This document shows, piece by piece, positions 12,661-25,959 of a DNA stretch of 64,000 nucleotides (the stretch's first letter is position 1; each line of letters opens with the position of its first letter). This DNA is from Eledone cirrhosa (Eukaryota). The stretch lies in the NCBI GenBank assembly GCA_964016885.1, contig OZ024755.1:21018001-21082000 (forward strand), given 5' to 3'. The notes below the pieces were generated by a model. The model did not search any database and was not told the origin of the DNA. It saw only the letters and a list, made by a program, of their open reading frames with translations. Position numbers and translations under genes: made by a program.

Positions 12661-13152
12661 TGAAATCTGAAGTAATAGCAACAACAATAACAATAATGTT
12701 CTTTTATTTTTACCTGAAGGGTAACTCAGATGTTAGTATAACAATACATATATCAACAAATAAAAGAGAAAAAAAACCCACGTTTATGGCGGTGCCCCAG
12801 CATGGCCTCAGCCTTTCGGCTGGAACACATAGTAGAGTAATAAGATTACCCCCTCTTTATTTTTTTTTCTTTCTTCATTTTATTTTTTTTTGCTTTTTTC
12901 TATTATTCCATTTTTTTCAGTTTATTTTCCCCAAATGAATATTATTCTGGTTTTTTATTATTATTATTATTATTATTATGGGTTTTTATTTTCTTCCTTT
13001 TCTTCCTCTTCCTTCTTCAGATGTTCAAGATTCTTTCATTAATTCTTCACCATCTTGAATAAAACAAAGAAAACCCCAATAAAAAATATATATATTTGTA
13101 TATATATATATGCATGTATATATGTGTATGTATATATCTGTGTATGTATATA

Positions 13153-13211
<59 letters not shown>

Positions 13212-13739
13212 CCCCCCCCCCCGTTACAAAACTATACAGTAAAATAACAGTAAAATGTAAAACCGGCAAAAGCAATTGTGTTCACCGATTAATGAACAAA
13301 TATGATGAGTAATTCTTACCACCCACACATTCACACACACACACACACACATACACACACACACATGCACATACTTGTTCATACACACTCACACATGCTT
13401 GCTCACACACACACACGCATGTACACATGAGATCATACACTCACTCCCGCACACACAGGTATATATACATTTGTTATTACATGCGCGCACACACACACAC
13501 ACACACGCACACATATATATACGTATACGTACACACATACATTAAACACATGCACACACACTGACATACACCTTCTTATGTGCGCATACAAACATACATA
13601 CCTCTCTAGACACACACACACACACATACACAAATCCTTCAATAAGTTCCTTTCAAGAATAGAATTATTTTCCCACATTCATGCCATTGTATTTCAATTT
13701 CTTTTATGACTGACTATTTTGTAAAGAAAAGAAAGCAAA

Positions 13740-14065
13740 TCACCACCATCATCACCATCACCACCATCACAACCACCATCATCACCATCACCACCACCAC
13801 AACCATTACCACCACCACCATCATCACCATCACCACCACCACAACTATCACAACCACCACCATCATCACCATCACCACCACCACAACCATCACCACCACA
13901 ACAACCATCACCACAACAAGCATCACCACAACAACCATCACCAAAACAATCATCACCACCACCACCATCGCAACCACCATCATCACCATCACCACCACCA
14001 CAACCATCACCATCACCACCACCACAACCATCACCACCACCACAACCATCACCACCACCACAACA
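13740..14065. repeat. (CAC/CAT/AAC)n trinucleotide tract
   Basis: Directly visible. Confidence 0.95.
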
Positions 14066-14124
14066 ATCTGTATATCCTTATATGTGTATATGTGTGTGTG
14101 CATGTGTGTATACAAGAGTACGAG

Positions 14125-14503
14125 TGAAGGCACGTGGCTTACTGGTCAGGGTGCTTGATTCCCAGCAGCACATTGTGTCCTTGAGCAAGACACTTTATGT
14201 CACATTGCTTCTCCTGTGTTCTTGAGCAAGACACTTTTTCACATGGCTCCAGTCTACTGTGTCATTGAACAAGGCACTTTATTTCACATTGCTCCAGTTC
14301 ACTGTATCCTTGAGCAAGACACTTTATTTCACATTGCTCCAGTTCACTGTATCCTTGAGCAAGACACTTTATTTCACATTGCTCCAGTCTACTGTGTCAT
14401 TGAACAAGGCACTTTATTTCACATTGCTCTAGTTCATTGTGTCCTTGAGCAAGACACTTTATCATATTGCTCCAGTCCACTGTGTCCTTGAGCAAGACAC
14501 TTT
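14125..14503 (+). mobile_element. SINE family B with CORE-like domain amplified ~7-8 times
   Basis: Head gaaggcacgtggcttactgg followed by ~45-bp units tgtccttgagcaagacactttatttcacattgctccagt. Confidence 0.85.
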
Positions 14504-14610
14504 AATAATACAGAAACAGAATATTCAGCCAATTGCAAAGAAATTATCCTGAAAAGGTACTGAGCAGGCAAAGATTTTGCAGGTACTATTTGTATATATA
14601 TAATAATGAA

Positions 14611-14860
14611 ATTATTGTGTAAAGTGCTCAGGTGCACTACAACTCGTCAAAGGTGCATGTATAGTATATAGAATAATATACAAATGTCAGGGAAGTGAAT
14701 AGTATATGAGTCACAATATACATGTGTGCGTGTGTATGGAGGGGGAATATTAGGTGTAGTGTTGGCGAATCTCAGGAAGCATGGAGGTTTTCAAGGATGC
14801 AGTGTCTCGACAGCTAACAACTGATGCAGGTAGTTTGTTCCATGCTTCAGCAGCTCTCAA
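14611..14860 (-). mobile_element. CR1-like LINE 3' end
   Basis: Minus strand encodes RAAEAWNKLPASVVSCRDTASLK, the typical WN.LP C-terminus. Second copy at 22988-23221. Confidence 0.75.
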
Positions 14861-15134
14861 ACTTCCTGAATCAGACCCTGGTTCAACAATACATAGCTGC
14901 TTATTTTAAAGTGTTAAGAACCTCTGTTAAGTTATGTTTCAAAAACCAACTTAATAATGAGAAAGTTAGTTATATGACTAAATCCCTCCTAATTCTTGGT
15001 TATTTTTTAAAAGGATTTGAAAAGCAAAAAATAAATGTTCTTTGGAAGAAAGAGAAAAAAAATCAGGAAGGCAGACAGGAACAGAGAGAGAGAGAAAGAG
15101 GAGGGTGGAATATATATATATAGAGAGAGAGAGG

Positions 15135-15169
<35 letters not shown>

Positions 15170-15194
15170 GAGAGAGAGAGGGGGGAAGGGACAT

Positions 15195-15229
<35 letters not shown>

Positions 15230-15280
15230 AGTACCAGTAATGCACTGGTTAATTGCTGGCCTTGTGCCTAAAGTAGAAAC

Positions 15281-15331
<51 letters not shown>

Positions 15332-16359
15332 GGAGAGAGAAATGAGCGATGGGTATAGATATTTATAGAAATATATATATGTATAGAGAGAGAGAGATTA
15401 GATTAGTCTGATAGATAACAGTTGCAAGAAAGAAATCTGACAGTTTTAACTGTGTTTATTATCAACCCTATAAACTTATATAAAGTTACATTTCTCAAAG
15501 ATCATTGTGAGGTTGAAGGAAAAAGTTACAAACAAATATGTACAAAGTAAATTTGGCATTTGTTACAGATCTTGTCAATTTTGAGGAGTTCTGTTAGTTA
15601 TTATTGCTATTATAACTGTTATTTTTGTTTAACACAAATTTTATTTCGGATATTGTGAACCAGTGTCTTTACCTGTCTTTTTTAACCCTTTAATTTCCAT
15701 ATTTCTAATAAAATATGAGTTTAAATCCCGCTGAGGTTAGCTTACGGTGTCGGAAAAATAAAGTAACAGTCATGCACTGAGATTGATTTAATCAACTTTT
15801 CCCACCTCCAAAATTGCTGGCCTTGGCCTAAATCAAAGACAAGCCATTGATCTCCCAGACAAGCCAGGTGTCTGTAGTCTTGCTTACATACAATTTCACT
15901 TATGTACGGAGTGCACAGGGGAGGTTGTCATGTCTGACAGAACTGAGGGTCCTTCCAACCCATTTTTGGCAAGCTTTCTGTGGCTGGATGCCCTTTCTAT
16001 CACTAACCGCTGTATGTATGTATATATGTATAATACAGTGGTGGACATAGAAGTAAGTACACTATTTATTTAGCATGTAACTATCTGTCTTTTATACATG
16101 CTATTTTCCAACATAGTAAATGAAAGAAAAAATTGCTTCGCTATGATTATCTCTATAATTAAACCAATTATTCAAGTTATTGAGTTTTTATGGCTTCAAA
16201 ATGCAATTATGACCCATTTTCACTGGATATATAACTATATGCACTTTTATTTTATTGTACATTATGATATATTAATGACATAGATATTATTATATTCTGG
16301 CATAACTCTTCATTTTCATCATAGCGCTATATCTATTGGGCATGTCTTGTATTAGTTTT

Positions 16360-16935
16360 ATATAATGTTGTATGGTAGTGAGACATGGGTGATGAATGTA
16401 GAGGATATAGAAAGGCTGGCGAGAAATGCTTCATTGGATGGATAATGTCAGTGAACCTGAATGAACGAAGTGGTATGGATAATCTGAGAAAAAAAAAAGC
16501 TGGGCATAAAAAGAATCAGATGTGTGCAAAAAAGAGAAAATTGCATCCTGAGCCTGAATGAATAAAGTGGCTTTCAGTATGCCTAGATCATGTAAAGAGG
16601 TGAAATTAGATCATCATCATGCTAGGATGGGTTGGACAGGTCATTTATCATTTTATCGTAGTACCAACGATGACACTTTACAGGATATACTGAGTGCATT
16701 AGATCATCATCATCATTTTAGGTCCGCTTTTCCCTGCTTGTAAGGTGGGACGAGTCCTCTTCAGCACAGCATCCCTCCATTTGTCATGGTCCTTCGTCAT
16801 CTCCTCTGTGAGTTTCAGCAATCTGAGGTCAGCTCTCACCACCTTCACCCATGTTTTTCATGGTCTTCCTCTACTGTGTCTTCCTTCCACTGGGATTACT
16901 TAGCACTTCTACACCCAGCGGTCATCTTCCATGTG
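16360..16935. mobile_element. Degenerate RTE fragments (plus 16360-16560; minus 16705-16935)
   Basis: LYGSETW..NVEDIERL motif on plus, and a diverged copy of the RTE 3' end on minus. Confidence 0.7.
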
Positions 16936-17704
16936 CATCAGACTGCGTTGGTATGGCCATGTGATGCATTAGATGTTTATAGTAAAACTACACAGAAAGT
17001 TGACATTACTAAAATCATGTTTTTTATCTATATAATAACTTTATATACAAACTTTTTAAAACTAATTATATTAGAGAAATAATAGATGGTTTTTTTTTTT
17101 ATGAATTATTAATTTAATTACTTATTCTGAAATATAGTATTAGAGAAATCAAGTTGTCTCTTTAGATATTCATCTCATCATCATCATCACCATCAGTGTT
17201 TTTAGGACCATTTTTCCATGCTTGCATGGTTTGGACAGGTCTTCTTCACACAGCATGTATCCATTTGCTGTGTTCCTTTGTTCATTTATTACCAACGTTT
17301 TAATTTTTGACCCTATGTATACAAAGATAGTTTTAGAATATAAAGACCATTCTGGTTCCAAATATATATATTTTTATATAGCTACAACATACAGGAAAAA
17401 TGTGATGGGAATTTGAAAAATGCAAGGTCAATGTTTGACCTCAAAATGACCTCACTGATAATTTTTCAACAGTTGGCTAAAAACACGGTAATAATGTTTT
17501 TTGCCTAAAATCTACCCTCATGTCAAATTTCAGCAAAATTGAAGTGATGAGTGCCAGTGATGAATAATGTGAAGAGAAATGGAATGAGATGGTTGGGTCA
17601 TGTGTTGATGAAAGTGATTAGGTGATGGGAATAGAACCAGTAATGAATGTTGTGAAGAGAGATGGAATGAGATGGTTGGGTGATGTGGTGAGGATGGATG
17701 GAAG

Positions 17705-18195
17705 CGCTAACTACTAACCAAACGCTAACTACTAACCAAACACGCTAACTACTAACCAAACACGCTAACTACTAACCAAACACGCTAACTACTAACCAAA
17801 CACGCTAACTACTAACCAAACATGCTAACTACTAACCAAACACGCTAACTACTAACCAAACACGCTAACTACTAACCAAACACGCTAACTACTAACCAAA
17901 CACGCTAACTACTAACCAAACACGCTAACTACTAACCAAACACGCTAACTACTAACCAAACACTCTAACCGCTAACTACTAACCAAACATGCTAACCACT
18001 AACCAAACACTCTAACCACTAACTAAATATTCTAACCACTAACCAAATATTCTAACCATTAATCAAACACTCTGACCATTAGCCAAACATTCTAACCACT
18101 AGCCAAATATTCTAACCATTAACCAAACACTCACCATTAACCAGTCACTCTAACCACTAATCAAATAGCATAACCAGTAGCCAAACATTCTAACC
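17705..18195. repeat. 20-bp minisatellite cgctaactactaaccaaaca
   Basis: About 13 near-perfect units grading into degenerate units. Confidence 0.95.
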
Positions 18196-18719
18196 AGTAA
18201 GGACTGTACCTTCACTTTCATCATCACCATCGTTTTTACATTAATTTTTCCATGATGGCATGGGTTGAACAGGATTTTTAAAGCAAATGTTTTACAGCCA
18301 GATGCCCTTCCTGACACTTCTTATAACACACAGGAATACTGTGTACCTATTCTAAACTGAATATGCTTTGTATAGTTATAGATGTAGTTTATTCACACCC
18401 TTGTCCTCAGGCTCCAGCTTGTACTGGATAGAACCATAAATGAAGATGGGTAATAAAACAGGTACGTAGGTATGTAATGGTAGATAGGGTAGCATTATTC
18501 AGATAGTACTCTATTGAGGTTTTTTTTTTTTGGTGACTGGGAAATTTTAGATTTCATATTTACAATAAGCTTTTTGCTGTGTAACACTAGTTTATGATAT
18601 ATCAATGTATTTTCAAATTGTAGTCCGCATTCCAGTTACTGATAATTCGATATAACATAGGAAGGTGTGTTGGATATACCATGGAGGATGTACATGTAAA
18701 GATATACACTCATACATAG

Positions 18720-20630
18720 GCATATAAACACACAGACACTTCAGTCACACATATATACACACAGACAGATATACTCACAGTCACATGTCCATACAGACAC
18801 ACATATACACACACAGAGACATATACTCACAGACACACATACTCAGACACACATACTCACACAAACGCACATATACACACACGCACACACACGCAGACAC
18901 ACACATTCACACACACACACACTCACACAGACACAGACACACTCACACAGACAGACACACTCACACAGACAGACACACTCACACACACAGACGCACTCAC
19001 ACATACTGACTCACACTCACACACATATATACACACATACACTCACATATACACACACACACTCACAGACACATACACACTCACACACGCAGACACACAG
19101 ACACACTTCCACAGACACTCACACTCACACAGGCACAGACGTACTCACACAGGCACAGACGCACTCACACAGGCACAGACGCACTCACACAGGCACAGAC
19201 GCACTCACACAGGCACAGACGCACTCACACAGGCACAGAGGCACTCACACAGGCACAGCGGCACTCACACAGGCACAGCGGCACTCACACAGGCACAGGC
19301 GCACTCACACAGGCACAGACGCACTCACACAGGCACAGACACACTTCCACAGACACACTCACACTCACACACACATACACTAACATATACACACACACAC
19401 ACATACACACTCACAGACGCACTCACACAGGCACAGACGCACTCACACAGGCACAGACGCACTCACACAGGCACAGACGCACTCACACAGGCACAGACGC
19501 ACTCACACAGACACAGACGCACTCGCACAGACGCAATCGCACAGGCACAGACGCACTCGCACAGGCACAGACGCACTCGCACAGACACAGACGCACTCAC
19601 ACAGGCACAGACGCACTCGCACAGGCACAGACGCACTCACACAGACACAGACGCACTCGCACAGACGCACTCGCACAGGCACAGACGCACTCACACAGAC
19701 ACAGACGCACTCGCACAGGCACAAACGCACTCACACAGGCACAGACGCACTCACACAGGCACAGACGCACTCACACAGACACAGACGCACTCACACCAGC
19801 ACAGAGGCACTCACACAGGCACAAACGCACTCACACAGGCACAGAGGCACTCACACAGGCACAGAGGCACTCACACAGGCACAGACGCACTCACACAGAC
19901 ACAGACACACTTCCACAGACACACACACTCACACACACATACACTAACATATACACACACACACAGATACACACTCACACAAACACAGACGCACTCACAC
20001 AGGCACAGACGCACTCACACAGGCACAGACGCACTCACACAGGCACAGACGCACTCACACAGGCACAGACGCACTCGCACAGGCACAGACGCACTCGCAC
20101 AGGCACAGACGCACTCACACAGACACAGACGCACTCACACAGACACAGACGCACTCACACCGGCACAGAGGCACTCACACAGGCACAGACGCACTCACAC
20201 AGGCACAGACACACTTCCACAGACACACTCACACTCACACACACATACACTAACATATACACACACACACACATACACACTCACAGACGCACTCACACAG
20301 GCACAGACGCACTCACACAGGCACAGACGCACTCACACAGACACAGACGCACTCGCACAGACGCAATCGCACAGGCACAGACGCACTCGCACAGGCACAG
20401 ACGCACTCGCACAGACACAGACGCACTCACACAGGCACAGACGCACTCACACAGACACAGACGCACTCACACAGGCACAAACGTACTCACACAGGCACAG
20501 AGGCACTCACACAGGCACAAACGCACTCACACAGACACACTTCTACAGACACATACACATACACACTGACACACATATCTACTCACTTGAGACAAACATA
20601 AACACAGTGTCACACATATACACACAAACG
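18720..20630. repeat. CA-rich 20-bp minisatellite gcactcacacaggcacagac with higher-order duplication
   Basis: Directly visible. The cacacttccacagac...taacatat block recurs at ~19340, ~19905 and ~20210. Confidence 0.95.
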
Positions 20631-20798
20631 TTTTACATCATCATTACGTCAAGAGAATTAGGAAAATGATGTAAAATATTAAAATTTAATATAATTAACA
20701 AATAAAATTAATTCTTAGATGCATAATGAATTTTAATGAGTTCATACTTTCTCTACTCTTTCTTTCTCACACTTTGTGTTTATATCTGTATATATGAG

Positions 20799-20799
<1 letters not shown>

Positions 20800-20854
<55 letters not shown>

Positions 20855-21103
20855 ACACACACACGCACACACACACACACATATATACATACATGTATAT
20901 GGATGTATATATATATGTGTATGTATATATATATGTATGTATGTATATATATATATATATGTATGTATATATATATATGTATGTATATATATATATGTAT
21001 GTATATATATATATGTATGTATATATGTATGTATATATACGTGTATATGTATATATATATGTATGTATGTATATGTATGTGTATGTATGTATGTATATAT
21101 ATG

Positions 21104-21149
<46 letters not shown>

Positions 21150-21507
21150 TGTATTATATATATATGTATGTATGTATGTATATGTATGTATGTATATATA
21201 TATATGTATGTATATATATATGTATGTATATATATATATGTATGTATATATATATGTATGTATATATATATGTATGTATATATATATGTATGTATGTATG
21301 TATATATGTATGTATGTATATATGTATGTATGTATATATCTATGTGTATATATATATATATGTATGTATGTATGTGTATATATGTATGTATATGTATGTA
21401 TATATATATGTATGTATGCATATATATATCATCATCATCGTTTAACGTCCATCTTCCACGCTTGTATGGGTTTGGACGAGAATACATATATGTATATATA
21501 TATATAT

Positions 21508-21538
<31 letters not shown>

Positions 21539-21581
21539 CATATATATGTATATATATATACAAATATATATATATATACAA

Positions 21582-21614
<33 letters not shown>

Positions 21615-21639
21615 CATATATATGTATATATGTACATAC

Positions 21640-21670
<31 letters not shown>

Positions 21671-21951
21671 CATATACATATACAGATATATATATATGTA
21701 TGTATGTATATATGTATATATATAATATATATGTATATGTATATATATATATACATATATATATGTATGTATGTATATATATATATGTATATGTATGTAT
21801 GTATATATGTATGTATGTATGTATGTATATATGTATGTATGTATATATGTATGTATGTATATATGTATGTATGTATATATGTATATGTATATATGTATGT
21901 ATGTATATATGTATGTATGTATATATGTATATATGTATATATGTATGTATG

Positions 21952-21982
<31 letters not shown>

Positions 21983-22036
21983 ATATATATATATATATAT
22001 GTATGTATATATGTATATATGTATATATGTATGTAT

Positions 22037-22068
<32 letters not shown>

Positions 22069-22104
22069 GTGTATATATATATATATATACATATACATAT
22101 ACAC

Positions 22105-22156
<52 letters not shown>

Positions 22157-22176
22157 GTGTATATATATATATATAT
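20800..22176. repeat. (TA)n/(TATG)n microsatellite field
   Basis: Directly visible. Interrupted by a ~50-bp RTE-type tail at 21429-21478. Confidence 0.97.
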
Positions 22177-22987
22177 TAAGGGTGAAAGCAGCGATTCTTT
22201 GCTTAAACTTTAATCTGTTATTTTAATAAATATTTGCTCTACGGTTCTTATATATTTGATATATATTTATCCTTATCGAACCCTCTTTGGATTTTAGTCT
22301 TCAAATTTATTATTATTATTATATATATATATATGCGTGTGTAGCAATATCCATAAGTGTGAAAAAGGAAAAAGGTAGACAGTCTTCATTTGGGAAGAGA
22401 GCTGATATATATTATTTATCCATGTTCACACATGGAACAAAAACACTGCCTAAGGTTTCAAGGCCCAATATTGACCATATCTCTAGAATGTAAGAGGGAT
22501 CAAAATCGTGACCTAATCTTCAGGTGCTTGTTTGAGTTTATAAGATACCGTTAAAAGTGTTAGATGTGTTGTCGTACACAAGTCAGTATTCAGGTGGGGT
22601 ATCAGAGCTCGAGGTTAACCAGGGGCCTGACAAACAAGCCCACACTCGGTTGAGTGCATTTTATTATGGCATCAGCCCTAAAAAAGTTATGTCCTTGACA
22701 CAACTGAAGAGTACTCCTAACCCTTTGTTTGACAAGTTCACTACAGTTGGATGTTCTTTTTATCACTCACCAAACACTTTACAGAGTGTACTGGGTGTAG
22801 ATAACATGTAGATCACCCACACTAGAGAGGATGTGCCTCTGACATAACTAAAGAGTTCTCTCAATCCTGTTAACATGGTTTCTATTGTGGAATGTCCTTC
22901 CTATGGCCAACCACCTTACAAGATGTATTGGTTACATTTTATACGGCGTTAGAGAGGTTAAAATATAATAATGAATAATAATGAAAA

Positions 22988-23221
22988 TATTGTGTACAGT
23001 GCTCAGGTGCACTACAACTCATCAAAAGTGTATGTATAGTACATAGGGTAATGTACAAACGTCAGGAAAATGAACAGTGAATGAGTCATGATATACACAT
23101 GTGTGCATGTGTATGGAAGGGGGACATCAGGTGTAGTTTTGGTGAATTTTGGGAAGCATGAGGGTTTTAAAGGATGCAGTGTCTCGGCAGCTAACAACTG
23201 ACACAGGCAGTTTGTTCCATG
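22988..23221 (-). mobile_element. CR1-like LINE 3' end (copy 2)
   Basis: Homologous to 14611-14860. Confidence 0.75.
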
Positions 23222-23258
23222 GCAGGTTGTCGCTTGTTAACATGACCGATGAGCCTGA

Positions 23259-23335
23259 GAAACCATCCTAACACCCACATAAGATACACCCCACATGAGG
23301 TGGGGTGTATCTTATGTGGGTGTTAGGATGGTTTC
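23259..23335. repeat. Perfect 36-bp inverted repeat with 5-nt loop
   Basis: gaaaccatcctaacacccacataagatacaccccac atgag gtggggtgtatcttatgtgggtgttaggatggtttc. Confidence 0.95.
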
Positions 23336-23905
23336 CTAGCTAGCAAGGTTGGCTGGGTCATCAGCAGACCAGGTTGGTACTTGAGTGCTGGTAGTGACCC
23401 CATAGATTGGCTGGGAGCCTACATCGCGCTTACATATGATCCCATTACCAAATGTAACGGGGAGGTTGTAATGTCTTTGACACAGCTAACCCTTATATAT
23501 CACACACTAACAGTTGTTTTAACATGTACTTTCCCTGCTAGATCCCTCACAACAGCACAGCCCATCCTACCCCTGCTAGTGTGGAAAATGGATGTTAAAC
23601 GATGATGATGGTATATTTATATATATATACATATATATATAAAAATACTTTTGAAAGTGACCTTGAAAACTTGTGTTCCTAGATGTATCCAAAGATAATA
23701 TATATACGCACACATATATACGCACACATATATATATACACACATGGATGATATATTCAATACGATTCAATAATACTTTCATTCAAAAACTGTTCTATTT
23801 ATGCAAATTACTACGCCATTCGTTGTTAGACGTTTGCATGCTAAGAAAATAAGAATGAAAATTATGGGAAGGGATATATATGTTTATATATAAACATTCA
23901 TATAC

Positions 23906-23988
<83 letters not shown>

Positions 23989-24049
23989 TAAATATATGGA
24001 TGTATATATATACACACACACACACATAAATATATGGATGTATATATAC

Positions 24050-24082
<33 letters not shown>

Positions 24083-24183
24083 CATATATATACATATATA
24101 TATATATGGATGTATATACTTTCTGTGTAGGAAAATATTACTTGCATACATACTTTTGCAGCATATAGTGGATGTTATGTAAT

Positions 24184-24282
<99 letters not shown>

Positions 24283-24646
24283 ATATATAATATATAAGAT
24301 CAAAAGATGGTTAAAAGAGTTCCATGTATATATATATATATATATAATATATATATATAAGATCAAAAGATGGTTAAAAGAGTTCCATGTATATATATAT
24401 ATCATAATCTATAATATATATATAAACACACAGTCCACGGTGTAATGTGGCCGTGTAGGTAACACGGTAAAAACCTCCCAGTCCACACTGTAAACATGGT
24501 TGGTGTTAGGAAGGGCATCCAGCCGTAGAAAATCTGCCAGACAGTCCTGAGCAAGACAACCAATCTTGCCTCAAGTGGGACAATTCCCGTCCAGACCCAT
24601 GCTAGCATGGAAAATGGACGTTAAACGATGATGATGATGATGATTA

Positions 24647-24687
<41 letters not shown>

Positions 24688-24946
24688 TCACACACATATA
24701 AATAAACATATATACAATAAATCTATACATATGTATGCACATGATCCTTATCTGTATAGAGTTAGTTACTCTAATAATATATTCACCTCAAGATCTGTAT
24801 ACATTCATAGAAATAAGTCCATATAGAGAATTCATTCATATATCCATTTATTTGTTTATTACACACAGCAGCTTACTTGTTTGTTTGTCACCTGCGCACT
24901 TCTTATGTAACTCCTTATGCACATGCATTCATACAGACACACGTGA

Positions 24947-24977
<31 letters not shown>

Positions 24978-24978
<1 letters not shown>

Positions 24979-25161
24979 ACGAAGGAAATGTGGTAAGGAA
25001 CCAGGTGGACCATAACGCACCAAAGTACTCAATACTTAGGGTAGTAGAGTGGGTAATAGGAACAAGTAAGACCCCGACGGCTGAGCTCAAGCCGTTTCGA
25101 CGGCTAATTCAGAATTAGCCATCGAAACGGCTTGAGCTCAGCCGTCGGGGTCTTACTTCTT

Positions 25162-25166
<5 letters not shown>
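24978..25166 (-). mobile_element. Family C element: fold-back palindrome (25056-25166) plus 3' tail, flanked by (TA)n
   Basis: 55-bp arms centred on 25111. Each arm has GAA-ACGGCT-loop-AGCCGT-C, the 3' half of a hammerhead. Tail motif attgagtac on minus. Confidence 0.75.
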
Positions 25167-25204
<38 letters not shown>

Positions 25205-25617
25205 TGTCTTTCATGTTTACATACATATATACATACACATACAGCCTTTCGTGTTTACATACATACATGCATATATACATACACATACAGCCTTTCATGT
25301 TTACATACATACATGCATGCATACATACACATGCAGCCTTTCATGTTTACATACATACATACATACACATTCATACACACATATATGTACACACACACAT
25401 ACATACATACACACATACACACATACACACATACACACACACATACATACATACATACACATTCATAGAGACACACATGATGCGCATACATATATACACA
25501 TACATACATCCTTCCAGGTTTACATACATATACATACACACATACATATACATGCATATGTACATAACATACATACATGCTAGCGTGGAAAATGGACGTT
25601 AAACGACGATGATGATG

Positions 25618-25656
<39 letters not shown>

Positions 25657-25959
25657 TACAAACATAACATATAGACTTACACATATACTTACATACATGC
25701 ATACATTCATATTGCCATGCATACATATATACATAGTCACATGCATACACACATGCACATTCATACACACATACATACATATATACACATGTACATACAC
25801 ACTGACATACACACATGTAAATACACAGAGATACACACACATGTACAATACACACAGACATACACAAATACATATTACTGTTGTGTGTTGTCCGTAGTAG
25901 TAAATTCATTAGGAAAGTAACGAGAGATGTGTAATGTGTAGTTTGTGTCTGTAATATGT

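Noticed and set aside
13706-14158. Thr/Ile-rich or Pro-rich mucin-like ORFs (also 37774-38816 and 59274-59867)
   Set aside because: Trinucleotide low-complexity tracts open in several frames, with no splice or homology support.
20736-22226. Long ORFs rich in Y/I/M/C/V (also 36252-37241 and 62857-63936)
   Set aside because: Translations of TA/TG microsatellites that lack stop codons. Not genes.
22177-22320. Possible additional half-hammerhead (GAA-AGCA...TGCT-T) between TA tracts
   Set aside because: Single copy, no CUGANGA, no palindrome and no shared tail motif. Insufficient support.
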